Shown piece by piece: positions 17,653-27,028 of a stretch of 64,000 nt of DNA. The notes beneath the pieces were generated by a model. That model was not told the origin of the DNA, did no database searches, and saw nothing but the letters and a program-made list of their open reading frames with translations. Source of the stretch: Dehalococcoidia bacterium (GTDB lineage Bacteria; Chloroflexota; Dehalococcoidia; SM23-28-2). The position numbers were made by a program, and so were the translations under genes. Position 1 is the first letter of the stretch; every line of letters begins with the position of its first letter. Location: NCBI GenBank assembly GCA_020356025.1, contig CP070630.1, forward strand, positions 1,311,343-1,375,342. Reading direction: 5' to 3'.

Positions 17653-18516
17653 CTAGCCCACCGCTGCCGCTATCGCCTTGAGGCGATCCACGTTCTCCTT
17701 GTCCGGCCCCTCCGGCTTCTTGCCCTCCTTGGGGAAGCCGGGCACCTCCAGCAGGAACGGCAGGTCGCGGAATGCGGCGTGAGCCACGATCACCTCGAAT
17801 CCCGCGCGACCGATGTGGCCCTCGCCGATGTTCTCGTGGCGGTCGACGCCGCCCGCCAGGGGGCACTTGGAATCGTTGGCATGGATCGCCACCAGATGGG
17901 CCAGCCCCACCTCGCGCTCGAACTCGTCCACTGTCTCCGCCAGCCCGTCCGTCGTCGCCACGTCATAGCCGGAGGAGAAGGCATGCTGCGTGTCGAAGCA
18001 CACCTTCAGGCGCGGGCTGGCCACCTCTTTCATGATGTCCGCCAGCTCGCTGAACCGTCGGCCGATGCTATCCCCCATGCCGGCGCTGTTCTCGAGGATG
18101 AGCCAGCTATCGTCGGGCGTCTCGGCCAGCACGCGACGCACCGAGTCCACGATCTGGCTGAACACCTTCTCATAGCCCGCGCCGCGATGGCTGCCGATGT
18201 GGAAGATGACGCCCTTGGCGCCGATAGCCGAGCTGAGCACCATATCCGCGATAAGGGCGTCCTGGGACTTGATCAGGTTCTGGCGGTTGCTGGTAGCCAG
18301 GTTCACCAGATAGACGGCGTGGATGAAAACCGGCCATATGTCGGCCGCTGCCGCCTGGGCCCGAAAGGCCTCAACCTCCTGCGGGGGATGGGCCTTCCTC
18401 CGCCAGGTCTGAGGAGGAGCCCCGAAGATCTGGATGGTCTCCGCCCCCATGGCCTGGGCTCGCTCTATGCCCTTTTCCAGCCCGCCAGCCGTGGAAATGT
18501 GGGCGCCGATCCTCAT
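17653..18516 (-). CDS. nfo: deoxyribonuclease IV (endonuclease IV)
   Basis: MRIGAHISTAGGL..., IFHIGSH, ILENSAG, CFDTQHAF, HANDSK and the other AP-endonuclease-2 metal-ligand motifs. Start trimmed to ATG 18516 (SD GGAGAAGGAGG). The 428-aa track ORF is an Arg-rich upstream extension that overlaps the next gene. Confidence 0.9.
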   Translation of the reverse strand: MRIGAHISTAGGLEKGIERAQAMGAETIQIFGAPPQTWRRKAHPPQEVEAFRAQAAAADIWPVFIHAVYLVNLATSNRQNLIKSQDALIADMVLSSAIGAKGVIFHIGSHRGAGYEKVFSQIVDSVRRVLAETPDDSWLILENSAGMGDSIGRRFSELADIMKEVASPRLKVCFDTQHAFSSGYDVATTDGLAETVDEFEREVGLAHLVAIHANDSKCPLAGGVDRHENIGEGHIGRAGFEVIVAHAAFRDLPFLLEVPGFPKEGKKPEGPDKENVDRLKAIAAAVG

Positions 18517-18557
18517 TCCGCCTCCTTCTCCCTCCCGCCTGATAGCAGGGCGGCCTC

Positions 18558-20021
18558 CTACGGATAGAACAGCCGCTGCGCTTCCTTCCGCAACTCGGCG
18601 CGAAAGTCCGGATGGGCGATGGCGATCAACTCCTCGGCTCGCTGGCGGTGATTCTTGCCCATGAGGCGAGCCACGCCGTACTCGCTGACCACCATGTCGG
18701 CGAAGAAGCGAGGTATCGTGATAAGGGAGCCTTGTTCCTGCTGAGCGACGACGCGAGAGACGCTGCCGCCCAGGGCCGTGGACGGCAAGAGAGTGATGGC
18801 ACGTCCACCCTTGGAGAACAGCGCCCCAATGTGAGTCTCCGGCTGACCGCCGGTGCCGTTGATCATCCGCGCCCCGAACACGCTCTCGGAATTGATCTGG
18901 CCGGTAAGGTCCACCGACAGGGCGTTGTTTATGGCGCAATAGTTGTCGTTTTGGGCGATGACTTTGACGTCCAGCAGGTACTCGGGGTCATACAGCTCGA
19001 AGGTCGGGTTGTCTGCAATGATCGCCAGGTCCTCATCGTTGGCGCCGGACCAGGCCACCGCCACTGCCTTCTCCTTATGGATGGTCTTGCGCTTGCCGTT
19101 GATGACTCCAGCCTCCACCAGCTTGGCCAGACCCGGCGCCGCCATCTCCGTGTGCAAGCCCAGGTTTAGCTTGTTGTCGAAGGCGCCTGCCTTGGGCATA
19201 AGAGCGCTCGGCTCGCCTATCCCTATCTGGATGGTGGCTCCGTCGGGCACCAGCTCGTTCAGATAGCCGGCAATGGCCTTGGCGAAGTCGGGCGGCTCCA
19301 TAAGGCCCAAGTAGCGACGCAGGACGTCGGGCTCCACGAAAGCGATAAGGGGCCCTACCGGAGCCAGGCGATTGAAGTCCCCTGCCAGCTCAAGGATGCT
19401 CATCATATCAGCCCGGCGCTCCGGCGGCAGGGGAGCCAGCCATTCCTCCACCATCTCCCGAGTGACGGGGGTGTCCGGCAGCTCCACGATATGGTCTAGC
19501 TTGGAGACATGTATGCGGCAGTCACCATGCATCCTCGGCAGTAGTGGGTCGACCTCAGCTATGACCGTCCTGGCCCGCCGCGCGTAGCTGCCCTTGTTCC
19601 AGAAGTGGGGCCCGAAGGTGCAGTAGCCGCGCTCGTCCGGAGGCGTCACGGCCGCCATCAGCACATCTATCCGCTCCCCCTCCGGCCGCCCTTCATCCTG
19701 AGCCTTGAAGCCGAGGGAGAAGGTGTTGGGCAGGTAGGTGCCGCGGCGGTCGTCGGTGACGTGGCGGGCGAAGTCGCCAATGAACAGCTCGAACTCGATG
19801 CCGAACACGTCCTGCCAGCCCGGCTGGAGCCAGCCGGGGTCGACGGCCGGAGCGGCCAGCCGCAGGTCGATGCGGCCCAGTTCCTGGCGCCGGCGAGCGA
19901 GGGCGGCGGGCAGGATCCTGGGCGTGCCAAAAGGCACCACCACCCTATCGCCCTCCTTCACCGCCTTCACCGCCTCGTCCTCTGACCCCAGCTTGCGTTG
20001 ATACTCCTCGCGCCAATCCAT
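18558..20021 (-). CDS. acetyl-CoA hydrolase/transferase family (family I) CoA-transferase (4-hydroxybutyrate / succinate-propionate CoA-transferase type)
   Basis: About 487 aa, family-typical N- and C-terminal domains (GDRVVVPFGTP..., IQIGIGEPS, NSESVFGARMINGTGGQ). Start set to ATG 20021 behind GGGGAGGAG. Confidence 0.85.
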   Translation of the reverse strand: MDWREEYQRKLGSEDEAVKAVKEGDRVVVPFGTPRILPAALARRRQELGRIDLRLAAPAVDPGWLQPGWQDVFGIEFELFIGDFARHVTDDRRGTYLPNTFSLGFKAQDEGRPEGERIDVLMAAVTPPDERGYCTFGPHFWNKGSYARRARTVIAEVDPLLPRMHGDCRIHVSKLDHIVELPDTPVTREMVEEWLAPLPPERRADMMSILELAGDFNRLAPVGPLIAFVEPDVLRRYLGLMEPPDFAKAIAGYLNELVPDGATIQIGIGEPSALMPKAGAFDNKLNLGLHTEMAAPGLAKLVEAGVINGKRKTIHKEKAVAVAWSGANDEDLAIIADNPTFELYDPEYLLDVKVIAQNDNYCAINNALSVDLTGQINSESVFGARMINGTGGQPETHIGALFSKGGRAITLLPSTALGGSVSRVVAQQEQGSLITIPRFFADMVVSEYGVARLMGKNHRQRAEELIAIAHPDFRAELRKEAQRLFYP

Positions 20022-20071
20022 CCTTGTCTCCTCCCCAGCAGGCCAAACTGCCACCGACGACAGCGGCTACT

Positions 20072-20077
20072 ATTATA
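20072..20077 (-). promoter_or_regulatory. TATAAT -10 box upstream of the family-I CoA-transferase gene
   Basis: Minus strand GCGCCTATAATAGTAG, about 50 nt upstream of ATG 20021. Confidence 0.35.
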
Positions 20078-20195
20078 GGCGCTGAGGACGGTCTGCCAAG
20101 ACCCCACCCCCAGAGCAATCGTCACGCAGATAGGCCCTCCTATCTAGACCCCCTGACGAGGGCGTTGTAAGATAGAGGCGTCCAGGCCAACCCTG

Positions 20196-20615
20196 GTGAG
20201 CGAGTTGACCATGTCGGACAGGATGCAGCAAGAGATCGAAGAGATCCTCGGCAAGTACAAGAGGTTCCCTCTGCGGGAGCCCCTCTGGCGACGCATCCGC
20301 CGCAGGCTGTCCCGTTGGTTCAGCAGGTTCGCCTCTCATTTGCCGCGCATCACCGTAGGCCGGGTGATGCTGGTGGGCGTGGCCCTGATCATAGCGGCCT
20401 ACTTCGGCTTCGGCGGCAAATCCGTCACCCAGATGGCGCTGGTCGCCGGCCTGATCCTGTTCGTGGCGGCCTTCATCTTCGCGCTGCGCCGCCGTCCTCC
20501 GCCCGTCGAGAAGCGTTGGCGCGGCCAACCGCTGGAGATCCGTGAGCCAGGCATCGGCGAGCGCCTGCGCTCATGGTGGAATCGCTGGCGCTCACGGGGG
20601 CGAACCCATCGCTAG
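20196..20615 (+). CDS. hypothetical membrane protein
   Basis: Two predicted TM helices (VMLVGVALIIAAYFGF, MALVAGLILFVAAFIFAL) flanked by Arg-rich segments. No family recognised. Confidence 0.45.
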   Translation: MSELTMSDRMQQEIEEILGKYKRFPLREPLWRRIRRRLSRWFSRFASHLPRITVGRVMLVGVALIIAAYFGFGGKSVTQMALVAGLILFVAAFIFALRRRPPPVEKRWRGQPLEIREPGIGERLRSWWNRWRSRGRTHR

Positions 20616-21936
20616 CCATTCCTTCGCCAACCTCTTGCCCCCTTCCAGGTTCATTCCCTCTCTGTCCCACCTCTCATTGCTCTGCGCCTTGATCCTTGGC
20701 TGTCTCGCCCTAACGGCCTGCCAAGCCACGGAGCCATCCACCGAGCCCTCTGCCACCGCCAGCCCTACTGCCGCTCTCTCCTGGTCGTCGGTGGCATCTC
20801 TCGTCAGCGGCGATCAGGCCTACCTCCACGTGCTGGCTCTCGCAGAGGACATCGGCACGCGCCCCGTCGGCAGCGACGCCGAGCGACAGGCAGCCCAATA
20901 CTTGTCCCAGCAGTTCACCACCTACGGCTATCAAACAAAGGAGCAGCAATTCACGGTGGAATATTATGTCGAGACGGCCGCCCTAGAAGTACTTACGCCC
21001 ACGCCTCTCTCACTGAACCCCCTCCCCCTTCGCCTGAGCGGCAGCGGAGAGGTCACGGCGGAGCTGGTGCCGGCGGATCTGGGACGCCTCCAGGATTTCC
21101 CGCCCGAAGGCTTGAAAGACCGCATCGCCCTGATCGAAAGAGGAGACCTGTCTTTCTCAGACAAGGTGACCAACGCCGCTGCCGCCGGCGCAGCCGCAGT
21201 GGTCATCTACAACAACGCCGAGGGTCCCTTCCGGGGTGACCTCCGGGAGGAGAGCCCTATACCAGCGCTTTCCCTATCGCAGGCCGAAGGCCACCAGCTT
21301 CAGGCCCTGCTGGCGGAGGGCCCGCTGACGGTGCGCCTGTCAGTGCAGTCGACCCAGGAGACCAAGCCCTCCCAGAACGTGATCGCCCGCCCATCCCAGA
21401 ACGACTGCGAGCTCATTGTGGGCGCCCACTACGACTCCGTGGCGGCGGCCCCGGGAGCCAACGACAACGCCTCGGGCAGCGCCATCCTCCTGGAGATAGC
21501 ACGCGTGCTCGACCTAGCGGATCAGGAGGAAGGGGTGTGCTTTGTCGCCTTTGGCGCCGAGGAGACAACGCTGTCCGGCAGCCGCCACTTCGTCGCCACC
21601 CTCACCTCCCAAGCTCAGCCCAGCCCACAGGCGATGGTCAATCTGGATATGGTAGGCGTGGGCACCGAGTGGCAGCTCATGGGCTCGCCCAGCCTGGTGG
21701 AAAAGATCGACCAGGAGGCGACAGCGTTGGGCCTGGACCCGGTGCCAACAGACCCTCATCTCAGCGGCGACCACATCAGCTTCATGGACGCGGGCATCCC
21801 CGCCATCTTCATTCATCGCTTCGAAGATCCCCACTACCACACCGAGTTAGATCGAGCCGAGTTCGTCGAGCCACAGCTCTTGAAGGAGGCCGCGAAGCTG
21901 ACCCTCCTGGCGCTGGCCGCACTGGCAAGCCCCTGA
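20542..21936 (+). CDS. M28-family aminopeptidase with PA domain (lipoprotein)
   Basis: Lipobox LALTAC, a PA-domain stretch (IALIERGDLSFSDKVTNAAAAGAAAVVIYNN) and M28 metal-ligand motifs (GAHYDSV, NDNASGSA, FGAEE). The true start is probably downstream (for example TTG 20635), because the first ~30 codons overlap the previous ORF. Confidence 0.85.
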   Translation: MSQASASACAHGGIAGAHGGEPIASHSFANLLPPSRFIPSLSHLSLLCALILGCLALTACQATEPSTEPSATASPTAALSWSSVASLVSGDQAYLHVLALAEDIGTRPVGSDAERQAAQYLSQQFTTYGYQTKEQQFTVEYYVETAALEVLTPTPLSLNPLPLRLSGSGEVTAELVPADLGRLQDFPPEGLKDRIALIERGDLSFSDKVTNAAAAGAAAVVIYNNAEGPFRGDLREESPIPALSLSQAEGHQLQALLAEGPLTVRLSVQSTQETKPSQNVIARPSQNDCELIVGAHYDSVAAAPGANDNASGSAILLEIARVLDLADQEEGVCFVAFGAEETTLSGSRHFVATLTSQAQPSPQAMVNLDMVGVGTEWQLMGSPSLVEKIDQEATALGLDPVPTDPHLSGDHISFMDAGIPAIFIHRFEDPHYHTELDRAEFVEPQLLKEAAKLTLLALAALASP

Positions 21937-22051
21937 AGCATGCCGCAAAGGATCTCTCAAGACTCTTGGATCAACTCCTTGCCGCTGGCCAGCCGTTTAT
22001 TGTAATATGCCCCCGAAACGCGTGGTCAGGCTGTGCCAGTGGGGGAAGAGG

Positions 22052-22636
22052 ATGATGGTTTTCAAAAGGCTTCTTTTGCCAGCGCTCCTCGCGGCTCTCA
22101 TCGTCCTGACGCTAGCTTGTGGCGACGAGGAGACAGCCAGTACTGCCGGCGCCCAGGTGCTCACCGACCCTGACACAGTTGCCACGGCTACGCCCTGGGC
22201 AGAGCCTCCACCCGTGGTCTACGTCGAGGGAGGGCCAGGAGGCCCCACGGGACCAGCGGCCGGAACGTACACCGTTCAGGCAGGGGACACTCTGTACGAC
22301 ATCGCTCTGCGCTTCGAGGTGAGCCTGGAAGAGCTCATGGAGGCCAACGACATCACCGATCCGGCTACCCTTTCTGTAGGACAAACGCTCGTCATTCCAG
22401 GCCAGGAATCCGACGTGGTACCGGAGGGCACCGCAACCCCAGAGGGCGAGGCTGCCACCCCCACGGTCAGCGCCGAGGGGGTCTACATCGTTCAGGAAGG
22501 CGACTATCCAGGCTCTATCGCCGAGCAGTTTGGCATCTCTGCTGAAGAACTGATGGAGGCCAACGGCATCACCGACCCCACCAGCCTTGTAGTGGGACAA
22601 GAGCTCATAATACCCACACCCGCGCCTTCGCCCTGA
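22052..22636 (+). CDS. LysM-domain peptidoglycan-binding lipoprotein (two LysM repeats)
   Basis: Signal peptide with lipobox LTLAC. Two LysM repeats (YTVQAGDTLYDIALRFEVSLEELMEANDI..., YIVQEGDYPGSIAEQFGISAEELMEANGI...). Start moved to ATG 22052 behind GGGGGAAGAGG. Confidence 0.85.
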   Translation: MMVFKRLLLPALLAALIVLTLACGDEETASTAGAQVLTDPDTVATATPWAEPPPVVYVEGGPGGPTGPAAGTYTVQAGDTLYDIALRFEVSLEELMEANDITDPATLSVGQTLVIPGQESDVVPEGTATPEGEAATPTVSAEGVYIVQEGDYPGSIAEQFGISAEELMEANGITDPTSLVVGQELIIPTPAPSP

Positions 22637-22675
22637 GGTTGATGCAATATATAGACAGTGATAGGCCGAACCCCC

Positions 22676-22704
22676 TTGCGCCATATAGAGAGGCATGCTA
22701 GCAT
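22676..22704 (+). promoter_or_regulatory. putative promoter of the carboxyltransferase operon
   Basis: TTGCGC, 17 nt spacer, TAGCAT, with the TGC extension (TGCTAGCAT at 22696-22704). Confidence 0.4.
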
Positions 22705-22721
22705 CAGGAATCCCTTGAGGA

Positions 22722-24296
22722 TTGCGCATTTCTCCTGAGAAACCGATGTTTATCGAGGACAAGTTCGCCGAGCTAAACAAGCTAAAGGAAGAGGGAAGGC
22801 TGGGCGGCGGCAAGGAGCGTATCGAAGCCCAGCATGCTGGCGGCAAGCTCACAGCGCGAGAGCGTCTCAGCCTTCTCCTGGACGAAGGCAGCTTCGAAGA
22901 GCTCGATGCCCTCGTCGTCCACCGGGGCACCGAATTCGGCATCGACAAGCAGCGCTTCTACGGCGATGCCGTAGTCACAGGCTACGGCAAGATCGACGGC
23001 AACGTGGTCCTGGTCTTCGCTCAGGACTTCACCGTCGTCGGCGGTTCCCTGTCGGAGGCCGTGGCTGAGAAGATCGTCAAGGTCATGAACCTGGCCATGA
23101 AAGTGGGCGTCCCCATTATCGGCATCGAAGACTCAGGAGGTGCTCGCATCCAGGAGGGCGTGGCAAGCCTCAAGGGCTACGGCGATATCTTCCTGCGCAA
23201 CGTTCTAGCCTCAGGAGTCGTGCCCCAGATCTCGGTGATTATGGGGCCCTGCGCCGGCGGCGCCGTCTACTCTCCCGCCATCACCGACTTCGTGTTCGTA
23301 GTAGAGGGCACCAGCCAGATGTACATCACCGGCCCCGATGTCGTCCGCGCCGTCACCGGCGAAGAGGTGTCCCACCAGGACCTGGGCGGGGCCAAGCCCC
23401 ACGCCACCAAGAGCGGCGTCTGCCACTTTGCCATCGCTGGCGAGGAGGCCTGCCTGAACGAAGTCCGCCGGCTGCTCTCCTTCCTCCCTTCCAACAACAT
23501 GGACGACCCTCCGCGCCTGGAACCCGGGGACGACCCCAGGCGGACGGCTGAAGACATGTTGGACATTGTGCCGGCCGAGCCCACCCAATCCTACGACATA
23601 CACGAGGTCATCTACCGCATCATCGACGACGGCGACTTCATGGAGGTACACGCATCCTGGGCCCAGAGCATCACTGTGGGATTTGCCCGCATGAACGGCT
23701 GTCCAGTAGGCATCGTGGCCAACAACCCCCAGGTGCTGGCGGGTGTGCTGGACATCGAGTCCTCCCGCAAGGGTGCCCGCTTTGTCCGCTTCTGCGATGC
23801 CTTTAACATCCCCATCGTCACCTTGGCCGACGTCCCAGGCTACCTGCCCGGCACCGGTCAAGAGCACGGCGGCATCATCAGTCACGGCGCCAAGCTTATC
23901 TACGCCTACGCCGAGGCCACCGTTCCCAAGGTCACCGTCATCGTGCGCAAGGCCTACGGCGGCGCCTATATCGTTATGGGCAGCAAACACCTCCGCGGCG
24001 ATATCAACTACGCCTGGCCCTCCGCCGAGATCGCCGTCATGGGTCCCGATGGAGCAGTGAACATCATCTTCGGCCGCGAGATCAAGAGCGCCAAGAACCC
24101 CGATGAGAAACGCCAGCAACTCACCGAGGAGTATCGGGCCAGGTTCGCCAATCCTTATATCACCGCTTCCCGCGGCTTCATCGATGATGTCATTGACCCG
24201 CGGCAGACGCGCTACCACATCATTCGTGCGCTTGAGATGCTGCAGAACAAGGCCGATAGCAACCCATCTAAGAAGCACGGCAACATACCCTTATGA
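22722..24296 (+). CDS. acyl-CoA carboxyltransferase (methylmalonyl-CoA carboxyltransferase 12S / propionyl-CoA carboxylase beta type)
   Basis: Crotonase-fold carboxyltransferase pattern ([44 protein letters not shown]-like [11 protein letters not shown]). The start may be ATG 22746 (MFIEDKF...). Confidence 0.9.
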   Translation: MRISPEKPMFIEDKFAELNKLKEEGRLGGGKERIEAQHAGGKLTARERLSLLLDEGSFEELDALVVHRGTEFGIDKQRFYGDAVVTGYGKIDGNVVLVFAQDFTVVGGSLSEAVAEKIVKVMNLAMKVGVPIIGIEDSGGARIQEGVASLKGYGDIFLRNVLASGVVPQISVIMGPCAGGAVYSPAITDFVFVVEGTSQMYITGPDVVRAVTGEEVSHQDLGGAKPHATKSGVCHFAIAGEEACLNEVRRLLSFLPSNNMDDPPRLEPGDDPRRTAEDMLDIVPAEPTQSYDIHEVIYRIIDDGDFMEVHASWAQSITVGFARMNGCPVGIVANNPQVLAGVLDIESSRKGARFVRFCDAFNIPIVTLADVPGYLPGTGQEHGGIISHGAKLIYAYAEATVPKVTVIVRKAYGGAYIVMGSKHLRGDINYAWPSAEIAVMGPDGAVNIIFGREIKSAKNPDEKRQQLTEEYRARFANPYITASRGFIDDVIDPRQTRYHIIRALEMLQNKADSNPSKKHGNIPL

Positions 24297-24448
24297 GTCC
24301 CGGCCGCCCTCAGCAGCGCTCCGGGGTGGGCGGCCAGGGCCGCAACTATTGGAGGAGGATAGGCCACAAAGGAGCGCGGAGAGGCTCCAGAATTGCTCAC
24401 AGCCACACATGCTGAACGTCAGACGGGACTCCGAACCATCCGAAGAGG

Positions 24449-24679
24449 GTGGCAGATTTTTTGTCTAGGAGCGTCTGCGTGGTGACGGCCGTGGAGGAGA
24501 AGAAAGGCATAAAGGCAGCCATGATGGCCGCCATCAGCGCTTATCTGGAAGAGGAAGAGAGAGCTCGTTTGGCCGCAGTGCCAGAGCCCAGGCCTCTCGC
24601 GCCAATCAGCCTCTGGCGGATCTTCGGCCGCCGCGAAGTAATGAGATCGCCAGCCTCGTTGCGCCGAAGGATGGTCTAG
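24449..24679 (+). CDS. small decarboxylase/transcarboxylase-associated peptide (OadG/MmdD-like), tentative
   Basis: 76-aa ORF between the 12S and 5S genes. It contains IKAAMMAAISAYLEEEE followed by ...SLWRIFGRREVM, a pattern I associate with small subunits of biotin-dependent decarboxylase operons. Start uncertain (GTG). Confidence 0.4.
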   Translation: MADFLSRSVCVVTAVEEKKGIKAAMMAAISAYLEEEERARLAAVPEPRPLAPISLWRIFGRREVMRSPASLRRRMV

Positions 24680-24705
24680 AGATGGGCAGGGAGGAGGACG
24701 GAAAG

Positions 24706-26685
24706 ATGATTCCGGCAAGCGAATTGACCGCTGAAAAGATAAAGACGAGACCGAAGGCGAAAGACCCGGTCAAGATCTGCGATATCACCCTTCGGGACGG
24801 ACATCAGTCCCTCCTGGCTACACGGATGCGCACCGAGGACATGGAATTCCTTGCCGATGAGCTGAACAAGTGCGGCTTCTACGCCATGGAGGTCTGGGGG
24901 GGAGCCACCTTCGACGTCCCCCATCGCTTCCTGGGTGAGGACCCCTGGGAGAGGCCACGAATCCTCAAGAAGCTCATACCCAAGACTAAGCTGATGATGC
25001 TGCTGCGGGGGCAGAATCTGGTTGGCTATCGCAACTACCCGGACGACGTAGTCAGAGCCTTCGTCCATGAGGCGGCCGAGGCAGGGATCGACATCTTCAG
25101 GGTGTTCGATGCCGTGAACGATGAGCGAAATCACGAGACAGCTTACAAGGCCATCAAGGAGACCGGCAAGCACATCCAGGGAGCGATATGCTATTCGCTC
25201 ACCCAGCCCCGCCTGGGTGGCCCCGTCTACAACATCGAGTACTTTGTCAACAAGGCGCTCATCCTTCAAGAGATGGGGGCTGACTCCATCTGCATCAAGG
25301 ACCAGGCCGGGCTCATATCGCCCTACGATGCGTACGACTTGGTCAAGGCACTCAAGAAGCGCCTGCGAGTACCCGTTGACCTCCACACCCACTACACCAG
25401 CGGGCAGGCCGGCATGGCCCACCTGAAAGCCGTCGAAGCCGGCGTCGATATCGTCGACACCTCCCTGGCTCCGTTTGCCCACCGTACTTCCCACCCAGCC
25501 ATCGAGCCGCTCGTTGTAACGCTCTACGGAACGGAGAGGGATACCGGCCTCGATGTCGACCAACTGGTCAAGTGCGATCGAATGCTCGAGCAGATCGCCC
25601 CCAAGTACAGGGACTTCCTCGACACCTCAAGGATGGCGGTTATCGATCCTGAGGTGCTGTCCCACCAGATCCCTGGCGGCATGACCTCTAACTTCATCGC
25701 CCAGTTGAAAGCCGCCGGCTCCCTTGACAGATTGCACGAATGTCACCAGGAGACGGTCAGAGTGCGCCAGGACCTCGGTGTTCCCCCCTTGGTCACCCCC
25801 ACCAGCCAGATCGTGGGAGTCCAAGCAGTGCAGAACGTCCTCGCCGGCCGCTACAAGATGATCACCAAAGAGGTGAAGGACTACTGCTGGGGCCTTTACG
25901 GCAAGTCGCCGCTCCCAATTGACCCCAAGGTGCGAAAGACGGCCCTCAAAGGCTACGAGCGAGGCGAGAAACCGATCACCGCTCGCGCCGCCGACATGCT
26001 TGACCCGGAGTTGGACAAGGCCAAGGAAGATACCAAGGACGTCGCCAAGAATACCGCCGATACCCTCATATATGCCCTCTATCCCACTACCGGGATGAGG
26101 TTCTTGAGAATGAAGTACGGCCTGGACAAGGAAATCCCGGACGACTGGAAGCCGCCAAAGGCGCCGAGGACCCTGGAGGAAGTGCAAGCGGAGGACGAGC
26201 TCATCGAGCTGGCCAAAGAGGGCAAGCTGGTGAAGAAGCCCGACGTGGCGCCGCCTCCGAAAGGCCCCGCCGTCCGCACCTTCAACGTCTTTGTGGGCGA
26301 TGAATACTATCAGGTAGACGTGGAACCGGTCGGAGGTTCCTCGGCGACCCCTCTGGCCCCTCCAGCCGCTCACACCGTCGCGCCCGCCCCGGCAACACCG
26401 GGGCCAGCAGCACCGGCGAAGAAAGAGGAAGCGCCACCGGCAGCCGCACCCGGAGAGATCGCGCCGGGAGACGAGGCGATCGTGGCGCCTATGCCGGGAA
26501 TGGTCATCCAGTACGAGGTAAACGTAGGAGATACGGTCAAGGCTGGCGATGTGGTCGTCGTCTTCGAGGCGATGAAGATGCAGAACAACATCCCCAGCCC
26601 AATTGATGGAACCGTCAAGGCGATAAACTTTGGCGCTGGGGACTCGGTACCCAAAGACGCGGTCATGGCAGTAATTAGCCCCTAG
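24706..26685 (+). CDS. pyruvate/oxaloacetate carboxyltransferase (5S / OadA / PycB type) fused to a C-terminal biotin carboxyl-carrier domain
   Basis: ICDITLRDGHQS HMGL-like carboxyltransferase motif, a Pro/Ala-rich linker (APAPATPGPAAPAKKEEAPPAAAPG) and the biotinyl-lysine motif EAMKMQN. Start set to ATG 24706 behind GGGAGGAGGA. Confidence 0.9.
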   Translation: MIPASELTAEKIKTRPKAKDPVKICDITLRDGHQSLLATRMRTEDMEFLADELNKCGFYAMEVWGGATFDVPHRFLGEDPWERPRILKKLIPKTKLMMLLRGQNLVGYRNYPDDVVRAFVHEAAEAGIDIFRVFDAVNDERNHETAYKAIKETGKHIQGAICYSLTQPRLGGPVYNIEYFVNKALILQEMGADSICIKDQAGLISPYDAYDLVKALKKRLRVPVDLHTHYTSGQAGMAHLKAVEAGVDIVDTSLAPFAHRTSHPAIEPLVVTLYGTERDTGLDVDQLVKCDRMLEQIAPKYRDFLDTSRMAVIDPEVLSHQIPGGMTSNFIAQLKAAGSLDRLHECHQETVRVRQDLGVPPLVTPTSQIVGVQAVQNVLAGRYKMITKEVKDYCWGLYGKSPLPIDPKVRKTALKGYERGEKPITARAADMLDPELDKAKEDTKDVAKNTADTLIYALYPTTGMRFLRMKYGLDKEIPDDWKPPKAPRTLEEVQAEDELIELAKEGKLVKKPDVAPPPKGPAVRTFNVFVGDEYYQVDVEPVGGSSATPLAPPAAHTVAPAPATPGPAAPAKKEEAPPAAAPGEIAPGDEAIVAPMPGMVIQYEVNVGDTVKAGDVVVVFEAMKMQNNIPSPIDGTVKAINFGAGDSVPKDAVMAVISP

Positions 26686-26752
26686 GGCAGCACAGTAGCA
26701 GTGAACACTGCTCCTGAAAGGTCGAGCAGAGAACAGTGAAAGGTCTGGAGTC

Positions 26753-26989
26753 TTAACGAGGAAGGGTGATCAGGGAGGTAGTACTCTGAATTCCCGGGAT
26801 TTTGCGGATCTTCTCTCCCAGCACAGGGGGCATGTCGGTCAGGTTCTCCACCTCGACCTCGACGACGACATCGTAGGGCCCCATCACCTCGTGAGTTTCT
26901 ACAACCCCCGGGATGGCGCGCAGAATGTCGATGACTCCTTGGGTCGTCCCGGGATCGGTCACCACCAAGACATAGGCCTTTACCATCAC
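26753..26989 (-). CDS. stand-alone Lrp/AsnC ligand-binding (RAM) domain protein
   Basis: 78 aa: KAYVLVVTDPGTTQGVIDILRAIPGVVETHEVMGPYDVVVEVEV... This is the typical RAM-domain pattern without an HTH. Confidence 0.7.
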   Translation of the reverse strand: MMVKAYVLVVTDPGTTQGVIDILRAIPGVVETHEVMGPYDVVVEVEVENLTDMPPVLGEKIRKIPGIQSTTSLITLPR

Positions 26990-27028
26990 GGATACGACTC
27001 CTGCCTGGGACAGCCAGACTTACGGCCC

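Noticed and set aside
18517-18939. N-terminal 141-codon extension of the nfo ORF (track ORF 17653..18939)
   Set aside because: The extension is Arg-rich and overlaps the 3' end of the CoA-transferase gene. Endonuclease IV homology begins exactly at MRIGAH (ATG 18516), which has a strong SD.
20542-20634. First ~31 codons of the M28 peptidase ORF, which overlap the preceding membrane-protein ORF
   Set aside because: This stretch precedes the lipoprotein signal peptide and has no signal-like character, so it is probably not translated and the real start is probably near TTG 20635. I kept the ORF-track coordinates in the feature list and flagged the uncertainty.
24409-24468. 19-codon mini-ORF (MLNVRRDSEPSEEGGRFFV) in the 12S-5S spacer
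   Set aside because: No SD or promoter context, and it overlaps the start region of the 76-aa ORF. Most likely fortuitous.
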